A stretch of DNA of 30,972 nt from Acidobacteriota bacterium (GCA_043735365.1 JAYTEJ010000101.1:1-30972), one strand, 5' to 3'; positions 16,544 to 25,614 are shown, counted from the first letter of the stretch. Numbers and translations: made by a program. Notes: a model not told the origin generated them from the letters alone.

Positions 16544-17947
16544 TTATGGCAGCTTTACGGCGGCGGCCGTCGGCTCGAGCCGCTTCAATTTCTCGATCAG
16601 CGTCGTCCGCTTCAGGTTCAGCAGCTTCGCGGCCTGCCGCTTGTTCCCCTGGGTCCGTTCGAGCGATCGCCGGATCAGCGACAGCTCGACCCCCTCGATA
16701 TAGCGCTCGAAATCCAGCCCTTCGTCCGGGAACCACACCGCGGCGGCATCGACCGGCGCGGCCTGCGTCTGGATGTCCGGCGGCAGGTCCTGAACGTCGA
16801 GATGCAATCGGCCGTGGTTGAACGCGAGCGCCCGCTCGACGATGTTTTCGAGCTGGCGGACGTTGCCGGGCCATGGGTAGGCCATCAACCGCCGCAGCGC
16901 GTCCTGCGAGACGGTCACGTGGCCGCGTCCTGACTCTCCCGCCAGCTTCTGGAGGAAGTGCTGGACTAGCAGCGGCACGTCCTCGCGGCGCTCGCGCAGC
17001 GCCGGCAACTGCACCGGGATGACGTTGAGCCGGTAGAAGAGATCCTCCCGGAAGCTGCCGTCGGCCACCATCCGCGACAGGTCCGAATGGGTGGCGGCGA
17101 TGATGCGCACGTCGATCTTGACGGTGTGCGAGTCGCCGACCCGCTCGAACTCCCGCTCCTGCAGCACGCGCAGCATCTTGGCCTGCAGCGCCGGGCTCAT
17201 CGTCCCTACTTCGTCGAGGAAGAGCGTCCCCTTGTGGGCCTGTTCGAGCTTGCCTTGCCGTGTCGCGATCGCCCCGGTGAAGGCGCCGCGCACGTGACCG
17301 AAGAGCTCGGCCTCGAGCAGCGTCTCTGGGATGGCGCTGCAGTTGATGGCCACGAAGCGGTTGGCGCGGCGCGGGCTGTTGTGGTGGAGCGCCCGCGCGG
17401 CGAGCTCCTTGCCGGTGCCGGTCTCGCCGGTAATCAGCACGGTGCTCGACGTCGCCGCGACGGTCTGCAGCAGCTGAAAGAGATTGCGCATCGGAGCGCT
17501 CTGTCCGACCAGTCCCTCGATGCGGTAGCGATCTTCAAGCTGCGAGCGGAGATACGCATTCTCGGACTTGAGCCGCCGTTGCTCGAGTGCCGAACGGACC
17601 ACGTGGAGGAGAGCATCGAACTGGAACGGCTTGGTGATGAAGTCGGCGGCCCCCTGCTTGATGGCCTCGACGGCGTCCTTCACCGTGCCGTAGCCGGTGA
17701 TGACGATCGGGATGATCTCCGGGTAGCGCTCGAGCGCCGCGTCGACGACCTGGCGGCCGTCGATGCCCGGCAGGCGGAGATCGGTGATGAGGATGTCGAA
17801 GGCGAACTCGGCCAGGCGCTGCAGCGCCGCTTCCCCGCTGCCGGCCTGTTCGACCACGAAGCCGTGATCCGCCAGGCGCTCGGCGATGGCCTCGCGCAGC
17901 GCGGCCTCGTCGTCCACTATCAACAGATGCTTGGGATCTTCAGCCAT
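16544..17947 (-). CDS. Sigma54-dependent response regulator (REC-AAA+-Fis HTH), FleQ/FlrA-like C-terminus
   Basis: REC LLIVDDE...LITDLRLP...TKPF; [49 protein letters not shown]; [19 protein letters not shown]. Confidence 0.95.
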   Translation of the reverse strand: MAEDPKHLLIVDDEAALREAIAERLADHGFVVEQAGSGEAALQRLAEFAFDILITDLRLPGIDGRQVVDAALERYPEIIPIVITGYGTVKDAVEAIKQGAADFITKPFQFDALLHVVRSALEQRRLKSENAYLRSQLEDRYRIEGLVGQSAPMRNLFQLLQTVAATSSTVLITGETGTGKELAARALHHNSPRRANRFVAINCSAIPETLLEAELFGHVRGAFTGAIATRQGKLEQAHKGTLFLDEVGTMSPALQAKMLRVLQEREFERVGDSHTVKIDVRIIAATHSDLSRMVADGSFREDLFYRLNVIPVQLPALRERREDVPLLVQHFLQKLAGESGRGHVTVSQDALRRLMAYPWPGNVRQLENIVERALAFNHGRLHLDVQDLPPDIQTQAAPVDAAAVWFPDEGLDFERYIEGVELSLIRRSLERTQGNKRQAAKLLNLKRTTLIEKLKRLEPTAAAVKLP

Positions 17948-17958
17948 GGAGGCAGATG

Positions 17959-17972
17959 GTCGGTATTTTGAC
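17959..17972. promoter_or_regulatory. Candidate bEBP binding box upstream of the activator gene (autoregulation)
   Basis: GTCGGTATTTTGAC. Its reverse complement GTCAAAATACCGAC matches the 18610-18623 box at 12/14 positions. Lies 11 nt from the ATG. Confidence 0.5.
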
Positions 17973-18046
17973 ACCCCCAGGGTCCGGCGGTCAACGAGAG
18001 CCGCGGCGCAGGGCCAGAATGAGGGCGCGCGCGTGTGCGCGGCAGC

Positions 18047-18075
18047 CTACAGCGGGGCGCCCACCCGTCCGATAA
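18047..18075 (+). promoter_or_regulatory. Candidate sigma28 promoter for the HTH/mini-DHp pair
   Basis: CTACAG-N15-TCCGATAA. The -10 is 7/8 to GCCGATAA; the -35 is TACA versus TAAA, with a spacer 1 nt longer than the enteric consensus. Confidence 0.45.
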
Positions 18076-18141
18076 CATTCTCGAACTTCGAATGCGGTAA
18101 CCCGTTCCGGTCCGGTTCATCCGGGCGTGGCGATGAGAGCG

Positions 18142-18342
18142 ATGATCAACGATCGCAAGACGATTTCGATCATGAAGGCGTGCGAGATGGTCGGGGTGAG
18201 CCGACGCACGATCTACAACTGGATTGCCGGCGGCAAGGTCGAGTATGTGCGTACGGCCGGCGGATCCGTTCGCATCTTCGTCGATACCCTCTGGCGGGAC
18301 CCCGGCCGGGCCGGGGAGCTGACCGGCAAAGAAGCGTCATGA
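18142..18342 (+). CDS. 66 aa HTH_17/MerR-like DNA-binding protein, BldC-like
   Basis: ISIMKACEMVGVSRRTIYNWIAGGKVEYVRTAGGSVRIF follows the W-x3-GK-x4-RT-x-GG-x2-R pattern. Confidence 0.88.
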   Translation: MINDRKTISIMKACEMVGVSRRTIYNWIAGGKVEYVRTAGGSVRIFVDTLWRDPGRAGELTGKEAS

Positions 18343-18578
18343 GGGGGGCCACCGATGCCCACTCCGCGAGGATGCCCGTGAGCGAACGGCCGGATCTGGG
18401 CTTGCTGTTTCACCGGCTGAACAACCAGTTGGGGATCATCCTGGCCAACGCCGAGCTGCTCGAGGCCAAGGCGGCCGACGAGATGACGCGGGCGCGCGCC
18501 TCGCAGGTGGTCGCGAGCGTGCTCGACGCCATGGCCACCGCGCGCGAAGTCCGCCTCCATTCGAAGCTCCCGAAGTAG
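18339..18578 (+). CDS. Stand-alone HisKA/DHp-like mini protein (68-79 aa)
   Basis: LLFHRLNNQLGIILANAELL is an H-box (His codon 18411), followed by a second helix and a stop, with no ATPase domain. ATGA overlap with the HTH gene; alternative ATG at 18372. Confidence 0.8.
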   Translation: MRGATDAHSARMPVSERPDLGLLFHRLNNQLGIILANAELLEAKAADEMTRARASQVVASVLDAMATAREVRLHSKLPK

Positions 18579-18579
18579 C

Positions 18580-18623
18580 GTCAAGGTTTTGGCAACACAT
18601 GCCACGCTCGTCAAAATATTGAC
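18580..18623. promoter_or_regulatory. Tandem candidate enhancer (bEBP UAS) boxes
   Basis: GTCAAGGTTTTGGC (18580-93) and GTCAAAATATTGAC (18610-23, inside the perfect inverted repeat TCGTCAA-N4-TTGACGA), 30 bp apart. Confidence 0.6.
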
Positions 18624-18693
18624 GAACCGTTCGGCACGCTTCCGCCCGTACCTGCGCACACCTTCACACTGATTCACGCTTTAAGTTGTTAAA

Positions 18694-18706
18694 AATAAGC
18701 TAGTTA
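18694..18706 (+). promoter_or_regulatory. IHF-like site
   Basis: AATAAG-CTAG-TTA is one mismatch from WATCAR-N4-TTR and sits in an AT-rich patch between the enhancer boxes and the -24/-12 promoter. Confidence 0.45.
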
Positions 18707-18756
18707 CGCTGAGTCTGCGTCTGCGGGGAAGGTTCGTCTTTTCATCGCTTTGTGTC

Positions 18757-18772
18757 TGGTACTCCCGTTGCG
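18757..18772 (+). promoter_or_regulatory. Sigma54 (-24/-12) promoter of the sigma28 gene
   Basis: TGGTAC-TCCCG-TTGCG has exact GG-N10-GC spacing and ends 55 nt before the ATG. Confidence 0.75.
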
Positions 18773-18827
18773 GTTGGGGTGGCAGGTCTGCCGTTGTGGC
18801 AGCCAGCACTTCTGGAGGAACCGAGAC

Positions 18828-19739
18828 ATGCAGCGTCAGCCCCTTGCCGCCCATCATCAGGACCGAATTGCCGCCGGACTGCCATTCGTGGAGTCGCTGG
18901 CGCGTCGGGTGGCCGCCTCGATGCCGCATTCAATCGAGCTCGGAGACCTGGTGCAGGACGGCATGATCGGCCTCATCGACGCCGCCTGCCGCTTCGACGA
19001 AGCCCGCGGCATCAAGTTCGAGACCTTCGCCGAGCGGCGCGTCCGCGGGGCAATGATCGACGCGCTGCGCCGCGACGCCTGGCCGCGCGGCGTCCGCCGC
19101 CAGCGGCGTGAGCTCGAAGCGGCGCGCGAAGCGCTGCGCCGCGAGCTCGGCGCCGAGCCCTCACTCGCCGATCTGGCCAAGCGCGTCGGTTCCGACGAGG
19201 CGCGGCTCGGCCGCACTATCGTCCGCATTCACACCATCGAGTCGACGTCGCCGATGTCGGCCGCTGAGCACGTCGACCACGCCTCGCTTCCCGCGGTCCT
19301 CGTCCCCTGCGAGCCGCCGACGCCCGACAAGGCCTACGAACAGCAGGAAGTACGCGACCGCATGCGCGCCGCGATCGCCTCGCTGCCGCCGCGCGAGCGC
19401 CGGGTGATCGCGCTCTATTACTATGCGGAAGCGACGATGAAGGAAATCGGGGCGGAGATTGGCGTCAACGAGTCGCGGGTGTCGCAGCTGCACGCCCGCG
19501 CGGTGCAGCGGTTGAAGAAGGCGCTTGGCGCCGAGTGCTTCGCCGAGGCGCCGATGAGCCCGGCGATTCTCTCGTTCCAGGCCACCATCCGCCGCCGCCG
19601 CATGGCCAAGGCCGATCTGCCGCAGGGGCCCGGCGTGGTGTTGCAGTACCGCGCGCCGGAAGCGACGGCGCCGGTGCGGCGGCAGACGGCGGCGTCGCGC
19701 CGGCCCGCGGCCGTCGGCGCGGTCGCAGCCGCGCGCTGA
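18828..19739 (+). CDS. fliA: FliA/WhiG-family (sigma28) RNA polymerase sigma factor with C-terminal extension
   Basis: DLVQDGMIGLIDA, FETFAERRVRGAMIDALR, WPRGVRR, EATMKEIGAEIGVNESRVSQLH. GGAGG SD before ATG 18828. Confidence 0.9.
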   Translation: MQRQPLAAHHQDRIAAGLPFVESLARRVAASMPHSIELGDLVQDGMIGLIDAACRFDEARGIKFETFAERRVRGAMIDALRRDAWPRGVRRQRRELEAAREALRRELGAEPSLADLAKRVGSDEARLGRTIVRIHTIESTSPMSAAEHVDHASLPAVLVPCEPPTPDKAYEQQEVRDRMRAAIASLPPRERRVIALYYYAEATMKEIGAEIGVNESRVSQLHARAVQRLKKALGAECFAEAPMSPAILSFQATIRRRRMAKADLPQGPGVVLQYRAPEATAPVRRQTAASRRPAAVGAVAAAR

Positions 19740-19749
19740 TCACCGCGCA

Positions 19750-21294
<1,545 letters not shown>

Positions 21295-21375
21295 TTCGCG
21301 GGATTATAAGCGTCTTCCCCGCGCGCCGCGCGGTCCGGCGTGGACATCGTCGGCACGCACCGGTAATCTGATGCG

Positions 21376-22170
21376 ATGTTTGCTCCCGGGCTGCTCTCGA
21401 ATCGCGTCGCCGTCGTCACCGGCGGAGGCACCGGTCTCGGCCTGGCGATTGCCGCGCGACTCGGCGCGCTCGGCGCGCTCGTCGCCATCGGCAGCCGCAA
21501 CGCCGCCCACCTCGAACGCGGCACCGCCGAGTTGCGACACGCCGGCCTCGATCCGCAGGCGATCCAGCTCGACGTGCGCAAGCCCGAGCAGGTCGCCGAG
21601 ATGGTGACGCGGGTGACTCGTCACTTCGGCCGGATCGACATTCTGATCAACAACGCCGCCGGGAATTTCGTCTGCCCGGCCGAAGACCTGTCCACCAACG
21701 GCTGGGACGCCGTCGTCGGCAGCGTCCTGAACGGCAGCTTCTACTGCGCGCGCGCGGTCGGGCGCCACATGATTGCCAGGGGCGGCGGCGGCTCGATCGT
21801 TTCCATCCTGGCCAACTACGTGTGGACCGGAAGCGCCGGGACCGTCCATTCGGCGGCTGCCAAGGCGGGCGTGATGTCGATGACCCAGACGCTGGCGGTC
21901 GAATGGGCGCGGCACCGGATCCGGGTCAATGCCGTGGCGCCAGGCCCGATCGAATCAGCAGGGGCGGCGCGGCAGCTGTGGAATTCTCCCGAGGCGCTGC
22001 AGCGCGTCACCGACATGGTGCCGCTCGCCCGCCTCGGCCAGCCCGGCGAAGTGGCCGATGCGGTCGCATTTCTGGTGTCGGACCACGCCGGCTACATCAC
22101 CGGGGAAACCCTGACCATCGACGGCGGTGCCTGGATGGGCCGGGGCTCTTTCGGGTTCCTCAAACGCTGA
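21376..22170 (+). CDS. SDR oxidoreductase, 2,4-dienoyl-CoA reductase-like
   Basis: VTGGGTGLG, INNAAGNF, HSAAAKAG (His in place of the catalytic Tyr, as in DECR-type SDRs), RVNAVAPGPI. Confidence 0.85.
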   Translation: MFAPGLLSNRVAVVTGGGTGLGLAIAARLGALGALVAIGSRNAAHLERGTAELRHAGLDPQAIQLDVRKPEQVAEMVTRVTRHFGRIDILINNAAGNFVCPAEDLSTNGWDAVVGSVLNGSFYCARAVGRHMIARGGGGSIVSILANYVWTGSAGTVHSAAAKAGVMSMTQTLAVEWARHRIRVNAVAPGPIESAGAARQLWNSPEALQRVTDMVPLARLGQPGEVADAVAFLVSDHAGYITGETLTIDGGAWMGRGSFGFLKR

Positions 22171-22225
22171 TGACGCCGCGCATGGCGCCCCCGCTCTTTC
22201 GCCCGGCGCGAACACGGACGCGTTC

Positions 22226-23203
22226 GTGACCGACACCTCACACCGCCAGCGCCGCTACGCCTATATCGCCTGGGTCATGGTCTGTCTGATCTGGGGGACG
22301 ACCTACCTGGGCATCAGGGTGAGCCTCGAATCGATGCCGCCGGCCCTGATGGGCGGGCTGCGCTGGACGATCGCCGGCGCCCTGCTGGGCGCCTTCGTGC
22401 TGGCGCGCGGACACGCGCTCCCGCCGTTGTCGCGCTCGCCCGGGATCCTGCTCCTCGGCTTCCTGCTCCTCGTCCTCGGCAACGGGGGCGTGGTGCTGGC
22501 GGAGCAGTGGGTGCCGAGCGGGCTTGCCGCGGTGCTGGTGGCGTGCTCCCCCTTCTGGATGGCGGGCGTCGAAGCATGCCTTCCCGATGGGGAGCGGTTG
22601 CGGCCGAACGTGGTGGTCGGCCTCGTCGTTGGCTTTGCCGGCATTCTGGTGCTGGTCTGGCCCGACCTCCACCTGAGCACCGGATCGAGCCGCGCTTTTC
22701 TGATGGGAGTGCTGGCGCTGCAGATTGCCGCACTCGGATGGTCCCTCGGCTCCGCCTACTCGCGGCGCCACGGCCGCGCCGACAACGTGCTCGGCACCAC
22801 CGCGGCGCAGATGCTGGCCGGGGGGCTGATGATGATCGCCGCCGGCACCGTCACTGGCGAGTGGTCGCGCCTTTTTTTCACCACCCGGACCGCGATTTCG
22901 CTCGCCTATCTGGCAACCGTCGGGGCCATCGGCGGCTTCGTGGCGTACACCTACGCGCTCCGGCACCTGCCCGTGTCCTTCGTCTCGCTCTACGCGTATA
23001 TCAATCCGGTGATTGCCGTCGCCCTCGGCGTCTTCTTCCTCGGCGAGCCCTTCAACCGCCGCATGGCCGGGGCCGCCGCCCTGGTCTTCATCGGCGTCGC
23101 CATCGTCCGCGCCCGCCGTCCGCGTCCCGCCGCGATCTCCGAACAGCCCAACCTCTCCGCCCAGTTCGCCACATCCGATCCCCCGGGCCCGACGAAGCCC
23201 TGA
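22226..23203 (+). CDS. EamA/DMT-family transporter (YedA-like)
   Basis: IWGTTYLGIR, GNGGVVLAEQWVPSGLAA, SLYAYINPVIAVALG, about 10 TM segments. GTG start chosen. Confidence 0.9.
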   Translation: MTDTSHRQRRYAYIAWVMVCLIWGTTYLGIRVSLESMPPALMGGLRWTIAGALLGAFVLARGHALPPLSRSPGILLLGFLLLVLGNGGVVLAEQWVPSGLAAVLVACSPFWMAGVEACLPDGERLRPNVVVGLVVGFAGILVLVWPDLHLSTGSSRAFLMGVLALQIAALGWSLGSAYSRRHGRADNVLGTTAAQMLAGGLMMIAAGTVTGEWSRLFFTTRTAISLAYLATVGAIGGFVAYTYALRHLPVSFVSLYAYINPVIAVALGVFFLGEPFNRRMAGAAALVFIGVAIVRARRPRPAAISEQPNLSAQFATSDPPGPTKP

Positions 23204-23275
23204 ACCCCGACCCCGACCCCGAACCCCGAACCCCGAACCTGGAACCTGAACCCGGAACCCCGAGCCCGGAACCTG
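23202..23275 (+). repeat. One-directional GAACCYS 6-7-mer tandem array (11 units)
   Basis: gaacccc/gacccc/gacccc/gaacccc/gaacccc/gaacctg/gaacct/gaacccg/gaacccc/gagcccg/gaacctg. Confidence 0.88.
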
Positions 23276-23287
23276 CTACGATTTCCC

Positions 23288-24247
23288 ATGTCCCGCCTGC
23301 CCCCGGTTTCCGAGCTCGATGACTCCAGCGCGGGATGGTCCTTCTACCTCTGCACCCGGAAGGAGCTGCGCACCGGTCGCAGCGGCAGCCCTTTCCTGTC
23401 GCTGATGCTGCAGGACGCCTCCGGCCAGATCGCGGCGAAGGTCTTCGACGAGGTGGCGAAGCTTGGGGAGGAGTTCGACGAAGGGGAATTCGTCAAGGTG
23501 CAGGCCCACGCCGAGCGCCATCGCGACAGGGTCGAGCTGGTGGTGGAGCGCATCCGCCGCGTCAATCCGGATCAGGATATGCGCGAGGGCTTCAGCGAGG
23601 ATGCCTGCGTGCCGAGCGCGCCGCGGCCGATCGACGAGATGTGGGCGGAGCTCGAGGCGCGGGTCGGGGCCGTCGTCAACCCGTGGGTCCGGGCGCTGCT
23701 GTCAGAGGTGCTGATGACTCACGGCGCGCGGCTGAGGATCTGGCCGGCGGCGCTAACCGTACATCATGCGTATCGCGGCGGCCTGCTCGAACACGTGCTG
23801 AAGCTGACGGAGGTGGGAACGCTGCTGGCGGCGGCCTACGGCGCCGATTCAGATCTACTGATCGCGGCGGCGATCCTGCACGACATCGGCAAGCTCGAGG
23901 AACTGCACTACGAGGCCGCGACCTCGTATTCGCCCCGCGGCAATCTCATCGGCCACATCACGCTGGGGGTGATGCTGGTGCGCGACGCGGCCCGGCGGAT
24001 CGACGCATTCCCCGAGGACCTGCTGACCCGCATCGAGCATGTCATCGTTTCGCACCATGGCAGTCGGGAACATGGATCGCCGGTCGAGCCGATGAGCGTC
24101 GAGGCCTTCATCTTCTCGGCGATGGACGACCTCGACGCGACATTGCACCAGGTCCGCCGCCACGTGACGGATGACCGCGGCGGCGGGCAGTTCACGTCGT
24201 ACTATCCGCGCCTGGGGCGCGTCCTGCTCAAACCCTCCGGCCGCTGA
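23288..24247 (+). CDS. YhaM/Cbf1-like OB-fold + HD-domain 3'-5' exoribonuclease
   Basis: N-terminal OB fold (FLSLMLQDASGQIAAKVF), HHAYRGGLLEH, ILHDIGK, GNLIGH, SHHG, DDLDA. Confidence 0.88.
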   Translation: MSRLPPVSELDDSSAGWSFYLCTRKELRTGRSGSPFLSLMLQDASGQIAAKVFDEVAKLGEEFDEGEFVKVQAHAERHRDRVELVVERIRRVNPDQDMREGFSEDACVPSAPRPIDEMWAELEARVGAVVNPWVRALLSEVLMTHGARLRIWPAALTVHHAYRGGLLEHVLKLTEVGTLLAAAYGADSDLLIAAAILHDIGKLEELHYEAATSYSPRGNLIGHITLGVMLVRDAARRIDAFPEDLLTRIEHVIVSHHGSREHGSPVEPMSVEAFIFSAMDDLDATLHQVRRHVTDDRGGGQFTSYYPRLGRVLLKPSGR

Positions 24248-24374
24248 TCAGCCGCACGAGGAAGAGGATGATCGCGACGACCAGCAGAACGTAGATGAAA
24301 TTGCCGAGTGTGTAGCCGCTGACCATCCCGAGAAGCCAGAGAACAATCAGGATGATCGCAATAGTTTCGAGCAT
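24228..24374 (-). CDS. 48 aa lmo0937-family (DUF5670-like) small membrane protein, absent from the ORF track
   Basis: Manual translation MLETIAIILIVLWLLGMVSGYTLGNFIYVLLVVAIILFLVRLISGRRV* with an AAGGAG SD upstream. Confidence 0.88.
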   Translation of the reverse strand: MLETIAIILIVLWLLGMVSGYTLGNFIYVLLVVAIILFLVRLISGRRV

Positions 24375-24432
24375 GTGCCTTCTCCTTGGCGCCGGCAGCC
24401 GTGCCGCGCGTTATCCGCTGCCATTACAGCAG

Positions 24433-24448
24433 AGCAACGGCTGTGCCG
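24433..24448 (-). promoter_or_regulatory. Sigma54 promoter of the small membrane protein gene
   Basis: Minus strand CGGCAC-AGCCG-TTGCT has exact GG-N10-GC spacing, about 60 nt upstream of ATG 24374. Confidence 0.65.
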
Positions 24449-24492
24449 TTCGTCGTCACTCCCGGCTGCAATGGCTGAGAACGGCCTTAGTC

Positions 24493-25104
24493 GTGGCGCT
24501 GGCATCACTTGCGGGCTCGGCCGACGTGGTGGCTCAGCCGGAGGCTGCGCCGCCCTCGCATCCGGACGAGTCGGCAGGGAAGCGGATTGCATCTTTTCTG
24601 GCGGGGGCGGTCACAGGGCTGGCCACCCACGAAACCGGACACGTGATCGTCGATCTGGCGGTCGGCGAGAAGCCCGGGCTTCGCAAAGTCGACTTCCACG
24701 GCCTGCCATTCTTTGCCATCACCCACTCGTCCGGGCTGCCGCCGAGGCGGGAGTTCGCGATCTCGTCGGCCGGCTTCTGGGTCCAGCATGCAGAGAACGA
24801 GTGGCTGCTGCGGGGCGGCGGCGGGCGAGGGCGTCCGGGCACCCCCTTCACCCGCGGCCTCTTCGCCTTCAACGTCATCACCTCGGCCGCCTACGCGGGC
24901 GCCGCGTTCGCGCGCACCGGCCCCGAGGAGCGCGACACGCGCGGAATGGCGGCGTCGGCGCGCGTCGACGAGCGCGTGATCGGCGCGCTCGTCCTGGCCC
25001 CGGCGCTGCTCGATGCGTGGCGCTACTACCATCCCGGCGCGCGATGGGCCGCCTGGACGTCGAGGGGGGTGAAGGTTGGAATGGTGGTGATGATCGCGCG
25101 GTAG
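24493..25104 (+). CDS. Hypothetical membrane/secreted protein with HExxH motif (possible Zn metallopeptidase)
   Basis: LATHETGHV within hydrophobic segments. The frame is open from 24352; the true start is uncertain (CTG 24475 or GTG 24493 would give a signal-peptide-like N-terminus). Confidence 0.65.
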   Translation: MALASLAGSADVVAQPEAAPPSHPDESAGKRIASFLAGAVTGLATHETGHVIVDLAVGEKPGLRKVDFHGLPFFAITHSSGLPPRREFAISSAGFWVQHAENEWLLRGGGGRGRPGTPFTRGLFAFNVITSAAYAGAAFARTGPEERDTRGMAASARVDERVIGALVLAPALLDAWRYYHPGARWAAWTSRGVKVGMVVMIAR

Positions 25105-25108
25105 AGCG

Positions 25109-25573
25109 TCAGACCGGCTGGGCGGCGTCGTTGCGCGGCCCCAGGGCGAACGTCATCGTGCCCTCGACGACGACCTCGCCGTTGACGCGGGCGACGCCGC
25201 GCAGCAGCCCCATGCGGCTTCGCAGCCGCCGCACGTGCGCTTCGATGACGACCACGTCCCCGGGGTGGACCGGACGACGGTAGCGGACGCGCTCGATGCC
25301 CATGAAGTAGATCAGCTTCTCGCGGTTCTCCGGCTTCGCCAGAATCATGATCGCCCCGACCTGCGCCACCGCCTCGGTCAGAATCGTCGGCGGCAGCACC
25401 GGCGCCTCTCCCGGGCGATGCGCCAGGTAGCGCTCGTTGAGGGTCACGTTCTTGATGCCCACGATCCGCTTGTCGGCCTCGAACTCGGTGATCCGATCGA
25501 CCAGCAGAAACGGGTAGCGATGCGGCAGGATGCGCTCAATGGCGCTGTAGTCGAGAGGAAGCGTGATGTCCAT
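25109..25573 (-). CDS. FabZ-like hot-dog dehydratase paralog with divergent active-site loop
   Basis: LPHRYPFLLVDRI, GIKNVTLNE, EAVAQ, RYRRPVHPGD. The FxGHFP motif is replaced by YLAHRPG. Confidence 0.85.
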   Translation of the reverse strand: MDITLPLDYSAIERILPHRYPFLLVDRITEFEADKRIVGIKNVTLNERYLAHRPGEAPVLPPTILTEAVAQVGAIMILAKPENREKLIYFMGIERVRYRRPVHPGDVVVIEAHVRRLRSRMGLLRGVARVNGEVVVEGTMTFALGPRNDAAQPV

Positions 25574-25606
25574 CGGGGTGCGGGCGCTCCGGCGCCCGTA
25601 GAGAGC

Positions 25607-25614
25607 AGTATAAT
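25607..25614. promoter_or_regulatory. Overlapping back-to-back -10 hexamers (bidirectional promoter candidate)
   Basis: TATAAT on + (25609-14) and TATACT on - (25612-07), between the divergent FabZ-like and GAF-SpoIIE genes. Confidence 0.5.

Noticed and set aside
18142-18342. HTH_17 gene as a prophage or ICE excisionase
   Set aside because: No integrase, att-like repeats, tRNA or compositional shift. The context is regulatory.
18590-18645. TGGCA-N5-TGCCA (18590-18604) and CGGCACGCTTCCGC (18632-45) as sigma54 promoters
   Set aside because: GG-to-GC spacing is 8 and 9 nt, not the obligatory 10. The first remains a possible palindromic TF site.
24610-24623. GTCACAGGGCTGGC as an enhancer for the microprotein's sigma54 promoter
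   Set aside because: It has a GC-rich core unlike the AT-rich island boxes and lies in coding sequence, so it is plausibly chance.
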